64,000 nt of DNA from contig CAVXXK010000001.1 of the NCBI GenBank assembly GCA_963765675.1, positions 1,344,001 through 1,408,000 of the forward strand. Reading direction: 5' to 3'. Below are positions 9,641 to 18,454 of the stretch, piece by piece. Each line of letters opens with the position of its first letter. Position 1 is the first letter of the stretch. A model generated the notes under the pieces. It was not told the DNA's origin and ran no database searches. It worked only from the letters and a program-made list of their open reading frames with translations. A program made the position numbers and the translations under genes. This DNA is from an uncultured delta proteobacterium (lineage in GTDB: Bacteria; Desulfobacterota; Binatia; Binatales; Binataceae).

Positions 9641-10095
9641 AAAGAAGCGGCGCTCGCGTATTGCGAGTGCCGCTTTCATCAGGCAGTCGATTTCGTTTCT
9701 GTCATTCCCGCGCGTGGCTGCCGCGCGAGGAATCCCGTGCTTGGCCTCTACGCGACTCGCGGATGAGTGCACGGACGCCTCGGGGATTTCTCGCCTATGG
9801 CTCGAAATGACGGTTGGGGGCTTGGCTAACGATATGCTGCTCATGCGCCACGCCCACGTACTCCTGCGCCAAATCGACATCCGTCATTTCGACCGAAGGG
9901 AGAAATCCCGAGCGCTCATGCACTCACATTCGAGTTGTGTAAAGGTCGCGGGCCGAGCACGGGATTCCTCGCGCGCGGCGGCCACGCGCGCGGGAATGAC
10001 ACCCAGTCGTGCATGCGGAGATTCAGCAGTGCACAAAAAGAAGCGGCGCTCGAGTGTTGCGAGTGCCGCTTTCGTCAGGCAGTCGATTTCGTTTC
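9641..10095. repeat. Composite repeat: 59-bp direct repeats flanking an inverted pair of ~115-bp REPIN-like elements
   Basis: Direct repeats 9641-9699 and 10037-10095 (3 mismatches); inverted elements 9700-9812 and 9881-10001 with TGTCATTCCCGCG...GAAATGACGG ends. Confidence 0.85.
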
Positions 10096-10097
10096 AG

Positions 10098-11294
10098 CTA
10101 AATTCCGTACACCTTGGCTACGCTCTCGCCGAGGATTGCGCGGCGGCCGGATTCCGTCATCGGGGCGACGAGGCCTTTTAGCTCCTCCAGATAGTTTCCC
10201 GGATGGTCGGGATGCGGATAGTCACTGGCCCAGAAGAATTTATCCTCGCCGACGATCTGCATCATCCCGGCTATCGTGCGTTCGTCGGGGTCGGCGGAAA
10301 TCCAGCATTGGCGTTTGAAATAGTACGAGGGCTTTTCTTTGAGCCGCACGGTCAGACCGAGAGTGGTGCCGGAGAAAATCGCGTCGCCGCGATCGAGGAA
10401 GTAGCCAATCCATCCGGCCTGCGATTCCAGCACGATCAGCTTGAGCTTCGGAAAGCGATCGAAAACTCCGAGCTGAAAAATCGTGCCGAACGCATGCTGC
10501 ACGCCCTGGCCCGCGAACAGATCGTAGTACCACGCGGCCCAGGCGAAGTTGTCGTAGCGGCGATGGATTCCAAACGACATCGGCTCGAAGGTCGGATGAA
10601 TCGCGAGCGGCACGCCGAGATCCTGCGCGGCCGCGAACACCGGATCGTGCGCCGGGTCGCCGTGGGGGACGCGCGTGATCGTAAACGGGCACACGAACGC
10701 GCCTTTGCATCCGTCTTTCACCGAGCGTTCGAGCTCGCGCGCCGCCGCCGCCGGATCGCCGAGCGACAGATGCGCGATCGGAATCAGCCTGCCGCCCGAG
10801 TCGCGGCAGAAATCCGCGATCCATCGGTTGTATGCGCGGCAGTATGCGTCCGAAAGTTCCGCGTCGAACAGCTCGGCCTCCCAGAGCAGTCCGATCGTCG
10901 GATAGAGGATCGATTTCGCCATTCCCTCCCGGTCGAGAAGTTGAAGGCGCTCCTTCATGTCCATCGTGCCGAAGGCTGCGCCCTTCAGATAAGTGTCCTC
11001 GGGCTTGGGCTGTATCGCGCGCAGGTCTTCGGGACGCAACCGCTCCCCGCGAGTCGAGGCTTCGCGCATGCGGTTGGTTTCCTCGACGCGTTTGCCCATC
11101 CCACCGAGCGAGCCGAGCAGGCCGGGCCGCGTCATCTCGGCGCGCTTGCGATCGATCTCGAGATACTCGAAGCCGTCGTCGCCGACGCGGATGCGCATCG
11201 CGCGGTCGCGATATTTCGGGTCGATATATTTTTCCCACAGGTCGGGCGGCTCGAGAATATGGCCGTCGCAATCGATTACCAGTGCTTCGCTCAT
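10098..11294 (-). CDS. Amidohydrolase family protein (Amidohydro_2)
   Basis: IDCDGH, LAIHP, WASDYPHPD motifs. Confidence 0.9.
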   Translation of the reverse strand: MSEALVIDCDGHILEPPDLWEKYIDPKYRDRAMRIRVGDDGFEYLEIDRKRAEMTRPGLLGSLGGMGKRVEETNRMREASTRGERLRPEDLRAIQPKPEDTYLKGAAFGTMDMKERLQLLDREGMAKSILYPTIGLLWEAELFDAELSDAYCRAYNRWIADFCRDSGGRLIPIAHLSLGDPAAAARELERSVKDGCKGAFVCPFTITRVPHGDPAHDPVFAAAQDLGVPLAIHPTFEPMSFGIHRRYDNFAWAAWYYDLFAGQGVQHAFGTIFQLGVFDRFPKLKLIVLESQAGWIGYFLDRGDAIFSGTTLGLTVRLKEKPSYYFKRQCWISADPDERTIAGMMQIVGEDKFFWASDYPHPDHPGNYLEELKGLVAPMTESGRRAILGESVAKVYGI

Positions 11295-11310
11295 AGCCAG
11301 TTCTCCGTCG

Positions 11311-12237
11311 TCACAGAATTGCGATTGGATTTATCGGCGAGGCGGTTCCACGCTCGAGGATCAACGGGCCCATCGTGAACAGGAACTCGTAACGTCCGGC
11401 CTTTGCGCAGGCGGCTGCCAGCGCGTCGAAATCGGCATTGTCGATCAGATGCACCCCCATCGCGACCAGCGTGCCGACGTGGATCGGCAGCGGCACACCC
11501 TCGTAGCCGCTGGGCACGACGTCGCTTACGCTGTCGGAGCCGAGCACCGCGATCTTGCGCTTGTGCAGCCACTCGAGGCAGGTCGCGTCGAGGCCCGGCA
11601 GTCCGACGCGATTCGGATCCCATCCGCCCTTGGCCTTGCGGCGCGCGGCGCGGCCGGTGCGGATCAGCAGGACGTCGCCTTCCTCGACGCGGACGCGATG
11701 TTCTTTTTCGGCGGCGTCGAGATCTTCGGGAAAGATCCGGTCGCCGGGTTCCATCCAGTCGATCTTTTTGATTTTCGGAATATCGAGCAGGACACCGCGG
11801 CTGATAATTCCTTCGCGCGCTACCGTGATCGCGCATTTCTTCGCGCCGTGAGAGCCGACCTCGCCGGCGCCGAAGCCGTTGTACATCTTTTTCTGCCAGA
11901 AGACATGGCACAGCGCGTCGATATGAGTATTGGCCATCCCGTGCGGCGCGATCGCAAAGTAATCGCCGGCGTACGGGAGCGGCATCTCGTGCGAATCGAG
12001 GCCGGCCTGCACCATCAGATGGGTGACCGGGGTTGGATTGTCGGCGGCGGGGATGGTCGCGAGAGGCAGCGCGAGCGAGATCGCCTGTCCGGACTTGACC
12101 AACTGGGCGGCGCCGGCGCGTTTCGCGTCGGTGATAAAGTTGAGCGCGCCGCGCTCATCGTCATTGCCCCAGCGGCTCCAATTGCTGAACGTTTCGAACA
12201 TCGCGATTACTTCTGCGGGCGTGCTTCGGGTGGCCAT
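11311..12237 (-). CDS. Cyclase family protein (kynurenine formamidase-like metal hydrolase)
   Basis: SNWSRWGNDDERGALN, HGMANTHIDALCH, GDVLLIRTG, GTASPINPIA; ATG 12237 after GGAGA. Confidence 0.9.
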   Translation of the reverse strand: MATRSTPAEVIAMFETFSNWSRWGNDDERGALNFITDAKRAGAAQLVKSGQAISLALPLATIPAADNPTPVTHLMVQAGLDSHEMPLPYAGDYFAIAPHGMANTHIDALCHVFWQKKMYNGFGAGEVGSHGAKKCAITVAREGIISRGVLLDIPKIKKIDWMEPGDRIFPEDLDAAEKEHRVRVEEGDVLLIRTGRAARRKAKGGWDPNRVGLPGLDATCLEWLHKRKIAVLGSDSVSDVVPSGYEGVPLPIHVGTLVAMGVHLIDNADFDALAAACAKAGRYEFLFTMGPLILERGTASPINPIAIL

Positions 12238-12410
12238 GATAGTTTCTCCGGCGTGGGTTCCGTTCGCTCGTCCGTATAGCATACGAGGCAGGATGCGGGG
12301 TAACTGAACGATCGGTATGTTGATGGTGGACGATTGGGGGAATGTGCATGTGTCGCCCTCGCCCGCGCGTCACGATGCTTGCGAAAGGAGCGCCAGCCTC
12401 GCGCCGCTTG

Positions 12411-12431
12411 CCCTCTCCCGGAGGGAGAGGG
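12411..12431. repeat. REP-like palindrome CCCTCTCCCGGAGGGAGAGGG
   Basis: Same family as 5253-5273. Confidence 0.6.
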
Positions 12432-12452
12432 TGTATTGGACTAAGGACATAA

Positions 12453-13964
12453 ATGGGTAACCAGTACATCGAGGCGGCTCGGGTTTATCACGAGATTACC
12501 AAGCACTCGTATACCAGCGTGCGATCGTCGGGGACGTATCGGCTGGATTGGGACAATCGCCCCGCACCCTACAAGATTTATCCTGACGCCGGGGCGCTCG
12601 CGTTGCCGCGCGAGTTGGAGCTTTCCGCGATGCCTGCGCTTGCGGCGATCGCTGCCTCGGCAGAGGGAAGTGGCGCGTTGACGCTCGAAGCGCTGACGCG
12701 GTTTCTGTTCTGCACCGGAGGACTGACCCGGTCGAAGCAGGTCGGTGACGAGGATTACCATTTCCGCGCGGCCGCTTCGGCTGGAGCGCTCTATCCGACC
12801 GAGATGTATGTTGCCGCCGGCGAAGTAGGGGGGCTGGAGACGGCGCTGTACCATTTCTCGCCCGCCGATCTGAAACTGCGCGGACTGCGGCGCGGCGACT
12901 GGCGCGCGATGCTGTCGCGAGCAGCGGCAGGTCGCCCGTCGATCGCTCAGGCGCGCGCGGTGATTATCCTGACCTCGATATTTTGGCGCAGTGCGTGGAA
13001 GTATCATGCGCGCGCGTATCGGTACTGCTTCTGGGACGCGGGTACGATGCTCGCAAATCTGCTCGCGGCCGCGAACGCGGAGCAAATCGGCGCGGAGATC
13101 GTCACCGCGTTCGAGGATCCGGAGATCGAATCGCTCCTCGGGCTCGATCCGGATCGCGAAGGCGCCGTCGCTTTGATCGCGCTCGGCGGGGGCGGAGCCG
13201 TAGCGAGCGAGTCGCCCGCGACCGAGCCTTTCCCGTTCGAGTCGATTGCGCTTTCGACGCGCGAGGTCAGCTACGAGCCGATCGTGAAGTTTCATCGCGA
13301 GTCGCGCCTGGTGAGCCGCGCAGAGGTTTCTGAAATCGCCGATGCGACGGTGACTGCGGCCGAGCCTCGGCGCGATCTGATTCGATTTGATGCGGTTGCC
13401 GCCGACGACGCGACTGGACTTGGCGAGACGATCCTTCGCCGCGGCTCGACGCGCCAATTCGCGCAGGTTCCGATCCGCGGCGAGGAGCTGCAGGCGATTC
13501 TCGCGACGGCACGCACGCATCCGCGCGCCGACTTTCCCTCGCTCGTCGATACCTATCTGATCGTCAACGCGGTCGAGGGTCTCGCGCCGGGCGCTTATTT
13601 CTATGACCAGATCGGCGGCGGGTTCGAGCTCATTAAAGCAGGCGAGTTTCGCGGCGAGGCTGGATATCTATGCCTCGAGCAGCCGCTCGGAATGGATTGC
13701 TCCGCCCTGATTGTTTACATGGCGAATTTGGAGCGTGCGCTTGCAGCGCTCGGAAATCGCGGCTACCGCGACGCGCACCTCGAAGCCGGCATCGATGGGG
13801 GTCGCGCGTACCTGGGCGCCTATGCGCTCGGACGCGGCGCTACGGGGCTTACGTTCTACGACGACGACACGACCAAATTCTTTGAATCCCACGCGGCCGG
13901 AAAGAGTCCCATCCTGATGGTCGCGATCGGCGTGCCGCGGAGCCGCGCTGCTGACCAAGCGTGA
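12453..13964 (+). CDS. SagB/ThcOx-type dehydrogenase (tandem nitroreductase domains)
   Basis: RAAASAGALYP, WKYHARAYRY, second domain RRGSTRQF...GNRGYRDAHLEAG. Confidence 0.85.
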   Translation: MGNQYIEAARVYHEITKHSYTSVRSSGTYRLDWDNRPAPYKIYPDAGALALPRELELSAMPALAAIAASAEGSGALTLEALTRFLFCTGGLTRSKQVGDEDYHFRAAASAGALYPTEMYVAAGEVGGLETALYHFSPADLKLRGLRRGDWRAMLSRAAAGRPSIAQARAVIILTSIFWRSAWKYHARAYRYCFWDAGTMLANLLAAANAEQIGAEIVTAFEDPEIESLLGLDPDREGAVALIALGGGGAVASESPATEPFPFESIALSTREVSYEPIVKFHRESRLVSRAEVSEIADATVTAAEPRRDLIRFDAVAADDATGLGETILRRGSTRQFAQVPIRGEELQAILATARTHPRADFPSLVDTYLIVNAVEGLAPGAYFYDQIGGGFELIKAGEFRGEAGYLCLEQPLGMDCSALIVYMANLERALAALGNRGYRDAHLEAGIDGGRAYLGAYALGRGATGLTFYDDDTTKFFESHAAGKSPILMVAIGVPRSRAADQA

Positions 13965-14046
13965 TGCCTGATGACCGTCCGGCGGGCCGATGCCCGTTAA
14001 GCGCGCATAAGATCACGTCACGTCGCGCCCGCCGGCCATTCTGCGG

Positions 14047-14061
14047 CGGCATCTCTCTTGC
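14047..14061 (+). promoter_or_regulatory. sigma54 (-24/-12) promoter upstream of PII gene
   Basis: CGGCAT-CTCTC-TTGC with correct GG-N10-GC spacing, 60 bp upstream of ATG. Confidence 0.6.
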
Positions 14062-14120
14062 GTCTGCCCGATACGTGAGCGAGTGACGCGCCGGGTTGCA
14101 CCGCGCAAAGGACGCACTGG

Positions 14121-14459
14121 ATGAAGAAGGTTGAAGCGATCATCAAGCCGTTTACGATCGACGCGGTGAAGGCGGAACTCGAGCTTGCCGGCGTCACCGG
14201 AATTACCACCTACGAAGTCAGAGGCTTCGGCCGCCAGAAGGGACGCACCGAATTGTACCGCGGCTCGGAGTATATCGTCGATTTCAAGCCAAAGCTGAAA
14301 CTCGAAGTGATCGTGCGTGACGAGCAGACCGACGCGGTCGTCGATGCGATCCAGCGCAAGGCTTGGACCGGCAGAATCGGTGACGGCAAAATCTACGTGT
14401 CGGAAGTGTTCGAAGTAATCCGCATCCGCACCGACGAGCGCGGCAACGTCGCGGTCTGA
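14121..14459 (+). CDS. glnB: P-II family nitrogen regulatory protein (GlnB/GlnK)
   Basis: 112 aa; GFGRQKG, T-loop [21 protein letters not shown]; glnB versus glnK naming cannot be resolved. Confidence 0.95.
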   Translation: MKKVEAIIKPFTIDAVKAELELAGVTGITTYEVRGFGRQKGRTELYRGSEYIVDFKPKLKLEVIVRDEQTDAVVDAIQRKAWTGRIGDGKIYVSEVFEVIRIRTDERGNVAV

Positions 14460-14632
14460 ATCCTCTCTCCGGCGAAACTCAATCGAACCATTTATCAAAT
14501 CTCGAACCATCGTAGGTCCGAGGCTCCATCAATAATTCCAGATTGATGACTGCGCGGCGGGCGGTTGCTCATCGCGTGAGCATCGCCCGTGCAAAGTGCA
14601 ACAGATTTCTTTGCAAATCGATTGGCAAACGA

Positions 14633-14647
14633 TGGCACTCCTCTTGC
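14633..14647 (+). promoter_or_regulatory. sigma54 (-24/-12) promoter upstream of APC permease
   Basis: TGGCAC-TCCTC-TTGC matches the TGGCAC-N5-TTGC consensus. Confidence 0.75.
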
Positions 14648-14731
14648 CCTTAGGCCGAAGCGAACCCGCATTGGAATTTGAATCAGACGGGGAGCCGGCT
14701 CGAATCGGCGGGCCAAGCAGAAGGAGGAGAG

Positions 14732-16405
14732 ATGGCAGAGTCAAACGAAGCACCCAAGATGAAGGCGACACTTGGGCTGACCGGGGTGACGGTCAACGCT
14801 ATGGCGCTAATCGCGCCGGGCGCCTTCCTGTGGATAACGTTCGTCCAGCAGGCGGGTTACGCGTTTCCGTCGGGCATGGCGATGTGGTCGGGGATTTTTG
14901 TGGCGTTAATGCTGGCCTATGCGACGGCGGTTTCGTACTCGGAGCTGGCCAAGCTCTACCCGGGCGCGGGTAGCTCGTATCTGTTCGCGGAGCGGGCATT
15001 CCTGAACACGACGCACGCCTACAAGTTCGCACGGATCGCAAAATTCGTGACCGGATGGGCCTCGCATCTGTACTACTGGATGTATCCGGGGGTCATGGTC
15101 GCGACGATGGGAATCATGATCGGATACATCGTCGGCAACATCGCGCCGAACTCGATGAATGCGGGAATTCCGGGGCCCGTCTTCATGGCGCTGATCGCGG
15201 TAATTTTCGCTTTTGCGGTCGCGTGGATAGCCTTCCAGGGCGTCAACGGCTCGACGATGGTTAATATCGCGATCAACGGAATCCAGATCGTCGCGCTGCT
15301 GTTCTTCTCGGCGTTGGCGATCGCCTACCGCATGTCGCATCCTGCCGGCGCTGCGGGCCTTGCGCTCGACGCCAATGGCAACGTCATCCATGCGACGATC
15401 AGCTATGCATTCAGCGGCGACAATCCGGCGCATATGAACGCCCTGTCGGTTATTTTGCCGCATCACTTCTCATGGGTGATGCTGCAGGCGACGGTCGCGA
15501 TTCTGCTGTTGGTCGGCTTTGAGTCGGTGACCTCACTTGGCGAGGAAGCCAAGAACCCGACCAAGGATATTCCGCGCGGCGTCCTGCTCTCGCTGACCAT
15601 CCAGGGACTGTTCTGCTACCTGATCGAATATTTCGCCGCCAACTACTTCATGAGCAGCGCATACAGCCTCGCGGCCGCGAAGGGCTCCGCAGCTCCAATC
15701 GGTGACATGATGACGCTGGTCGGCAACGCGCTACTCGGCGGACACGGACAGGCGTTCATGCTGGTCGAAGCGCTGACCGTGTTCCTTGCGCTGATCGGCA
15801 CGACGCTTAGCTGCATCAATACAGGAGCCCGAGTTACTTATGCGATGGGTCGCGATGAGGAGGTGCCGGAGCATTTCGGATTCCTGCACGGCAAGAACCT
15901 GACCCCGCATCGCGCGATCTGGGCGCTGGCGATGATCTCAGCGGTCCTCGGCGCATACGCGGCGTTGTTCTACTTCGCCGGTGGCTCCGCGCCCGACGAC
16001 AAAACCATCGCGACGCTGCCGCACAACATCTGGTACGCGATCGGGATGAGCTCGAACGCAAGCCTCTCGGCGCTGCCCAACGGGTTGTTGCTGGTGACGC
16101 TGACCTCGAACTTCGGGACCTTCCTGCTCTACGGGCTGACGAACATCATATGTATCGTGGCCTTCCGCGAGCACGAAACTTTCCATGGCTTCAAGCACGT
16201 GGTTATCCCGGTATTCGGCGCGGTCGCGAACTTCTCATGCCTTGCCTTCTACATCATCGGACCCCTGGAAGGCTTGGGCAGCGTGAAGGAGCCGTTAATC
16301 GCGGTCGCGATTTCCGCAATCTGGGGAATCTACGGAGCGATATATTTCGTCCGCAACTCGAAGAAGAAGGGGAAATCAACAATATTGGTCGCCAAGCCGG
16401 CGTAG
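14732..16405 (+). CDS. APC family amino acid/polyamine permease
   Basis: About 12 TM segments, ELAKLYPGAGSSY, VGFESVTSLGEEAKNPTKDIPR; ATG after AAGGAGGAG. Confidence 0.92.
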   Translation: MAESNEAPKMKATLGLTGVTVNAMALIAPGAFLWITFVQQAGYAFPSGMAMWSGIFVALMLAYATAVSYSELAKLYPGAGSSYLFAERAFLNTTHAYKFARIAKFVTGWASHLYYWMYPGVMVATMGIMIGYIVGNIAPNSMNAGIPGPVFMALIAVIFAFAVAWIAFQGVNGSTMVNIAINGIQIVALLFFSALAIAYRMSHPAGAAGLALDANGNVIHATISYAFSGDNPAHMNALSVILPHHFSWVMLQATVAILLLVGFESVTSLGEEAKNPTKDIPRGVLLSLTIQGLFCYLIEYFAANYFMSSAYSLAAAKGSAAPIGDMMTLVGNALLGGHGQAFMLVEALTVFLALIGTTLSCINTGARVTYAMGRDEEVPEHFGFLHGKNLTPHRAIWALAMISAVLGAYAALFYFAGGSAPDDKTIATLPHNIWYAIGMSSNASLSALPNGLLLVTLTSNFGTFLLYGLTNIICIVAFREHETFHGFKHVVIPVFGAVANFSCLAFYIIGPLEGLGSVKEPLIAVAISAIWGIYGAIYFVRNSKKKGKSTILVAKPA

Positions 16406-16428
16406 CGAGCCACGCCGGTCGTAACCCC

Positions 16429-16462
16429 GGGGGCGGATGGTGCTTCGGCGCCGTCCGCCCCC
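16429..16462 (+). other. Strong intergenic hairpin with UUCG tetraloop (no U-tract)
   Basis: GGGGGCGGATGGTGC-TTCG-GCGCCGTCCGCCCCC. Confidence 0.6.
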
Positions 16463-16496
16463 AATCCCATTTGCGAAAGTCGTATAGTATCGGTCC

Positions 16497-17345
16497 GTGA
16501 CTGAAGCCGAGCACAAGCATCCGCCTGCCGACCCCGCGCCCGAGACGGATATTTTTGATCTGGCGCTGCTGTCCGACGTCGGAACCAATCGTCCCGACAA
16601 CGAAGACTCCTGCGGCCATCTGATCGACGCGCCGGACGCCGCGGTCTTCGCGGTCGCCGACGGAATCGGCGGCTATGACGGCGGCGAAGTCGCAAGCTCT
16701 ATGGCGATCGAGCTGACCTTGCAGGCGTGGCGTGAAAGTCCCGCCTCGTGGGGCGCGGCCAAACGCCTGGCGCGCGCCGTGCAGTTCGCCAATATCGAAA
16801 TTCACAATCGTGCGCTCGCGGTGCCGGAGCTCCGCAGGATGGGCACCACGCTGACTGCGGTCGCGATCGACAAGGGGATGCTCGCGGCCGCGCACGTCGG
16901 AGATTGCCGGCTCTATCTCGCGCGCCGACATACGATTTCGCAGCTCACCAAGGATCACACGATGGTCGCGGAGAAGGTTCGGATGGGCCTGCTCACCGCT
17001 GAGCGCGCGCGCAATCATCCAGAGCGCTCGATGCTGGTGCGGAGTATCGGGCAGGAGCTGATCGTTTCGGTCGATCGAATCTCGATACCGCTGGTGCAGG
17101 GCGATCGCCTGATTCTATGCAGCGACGGATTGCACAACGTGCTGCGCGACAGCGAGCTCGAGCACATGACACGCGATCTCGATGCGGCCGCAGCGTGCCG
17201 CAACCTGGTCGAGACCGCGAACCAACGCGGAACGGCCGACAATCTGACCGTCGCGGTGTTCATGATGCTCGCCGATACGGGCCTCGCACCTACCTCACCT
17301 GGATGGCGCGCCAGGCTTGGCCGCCTGTTCGTCAGAGGCGCGTGA
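16497..17345 (+). CDS. PP2C/PPM family Ser/Thr protein phosphatase (Stp1/PrpC-like)
   Basis: DVGTNRPDNED, VADGIGG, AHVGDCR, LCSDGL, DN motifs. Confidence 0.93.
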   Translation: MTEAEHKHPPADPAPETDIFDLALLSDVGTNRPDNEDSCGHLIDAPDAAVFAVADGIGGYDGGEVASSMAIELTLQAWRESPASWGAAKRLARAVQFANIEIHNRALAVPELRRMGTTLTAVAIDKGMLAAAHVGDCRLYLARRHTISQLTKDHTMVAEKVRMGLLTAERARNHPERSMLVRSIGQELIVSVDRISIPLVQGDRLILCSDGLHNVLRDSELEHMTRDLDAAAACRNLVETANQRGTADNLTVAVFMMLADTGLAPTSPGWRARLGRLFVRGA

Positions 17346-17437
17346 GCGATTGAATCGCAGCGGACGGCGGCTGGTTTGGGACGTCATGGCATGGTAACTT
17401 CCGCGCCCAGACCCTATCTCTGCCAGGCATAGATTCC

Positions 17438-18454
17438 ATGCGCGAGGTCAGCGTCGGCGAAACCCTCGATCAGTACAAGCTTACCGAGGTGATCGCGCGC
17501 AGCGGGATGGCGTCGATCTTCAAAGGGATCGACATTACCAACGGACAGACCGTCGCGATCAAGGTTCCCTATCTTCAGTTCGAAAGCGACGTAATTTTCT
17601 ACAGCCGCTTCCAGCGCGAAGAGGAAGTAGTCCGCCGGCTTGACCATCGCAACGTCATCAAGATCATGACGCCCCGGCACAAAAGCCGGATGTATATCGC
17701 GATGGAGTTCGTGGACGGCACCTCGCTACGCGAGTTGATGCGCAACGAACGGCCGATGGCGACCGCGAAAGCTCTTGGCTACGCGATCCAGATTTGCGAA
17801 GCGCTGGTCTACATGCACGGCGAGAAAGTGGTGCATCGCGATTTGAAGCCGGAAAACATGCTCGTGACCGGCGACGGCACCGTAAAGATCATGGATTTCG
17901 GGATCGCGCTGGATGAATCAGCCCGGCGGCTCACGTGGTCGGGGTTGTCGTCGACCATCGGCACGCCCGACTATATGGCGCCGGAGCAGGTAAGCGGCCG
18001 GCGCGGCGATGCGCGCACGGATATCTACGCGTTGGGCGTGATCTTGTATGAGATGCTGACCGGGAATCTGCCGTTTTCGGGTCCGAATGTTTACAACGTG
18101 ATGCGCGCGAAGACCAACGAGGATCCGCACCCACCGTCCGAGTTCGTAAAGGATTTCGATCCCAAGCTGGAAGATATCATCCTGCACGCGATCGAGACCG
18201 CGCCCAAAAACCGTTACGCGAGCGCCGCCGAGATGCTTGCCGATTTGCGCGATCCGTCGCGGGTGGTTCCGCACGGACGCGCCGCGCATCTGAAGCCGCG
18301 CAGCCTGCGCATGCAGAAATTCCGGCGTACGGCGGGTTTCGTGCTGTTTTTCGCGTCGCTCATCGGATTCTTCGTGTTCCTGATCTGGATCGCCAACCGC
18401 TATCCCGCGTCGCAGGTCGCGCCGCGTAAATCCTTCCGAGGGGAAATGAGATGA
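17438..18454 (+). CDS. Hanks-type Ser/Thr protein kinase with C-terminal TM anchor
   Basis: VAIK, HRDLKPEN, DFG, GTPDYMAPE, DIYALG; one TM helix near C-terminus and a short tail. Confidence 0.95.
   Translation: MREVSVGETLDQYKLTEVIARSGMASIFKGIDITNGQTVAIKVPYLQFESDVIFYSRFQREEEVVRRLDHRNVIKIMTPRHKSRMYIAMEFVDGTSLRELMRNERPMATAKALGYAIQICEALVYMHGEKVVHRDLKPENMLVTGDGTVKIMDFGIALDESARRLTWSGLSSTIGTPDYMAPEQVSGRRGDARTDIYALGVILYEMLTGNLPFSGPNVYNVMRAKTNEDPHPPSEFVKDFDPKLEDIILHAIETAPKNRYASAAEMLADLRDPSRVVPHGRAAHLKPRSLRMQKFRRTAGFVLFFASLIGFFVFLIWIANRYPASQVAPRKSFRGEMR

Noticed and set aside
9641-10095. Possible CRISPR array
   Set aside because: Only two direct repeats about 340 bp apart, no regular spacers and no cas genes.
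12453-13964. Thiazole/oxazole RiPP cluster
   Set aside because: No YcaO, precursor peptide or exporter nearby.
14460-14731. Glutamine riboswitch or canonical NtrC box
   Set aside because: I could not match the glnA-motif consensus or TGCACC-N5-GGTGCA by eye.
17382-17400. sigma54 promoter before the kinase (TGGCATGG...)
   Set aside because: No GC at the -12 position.
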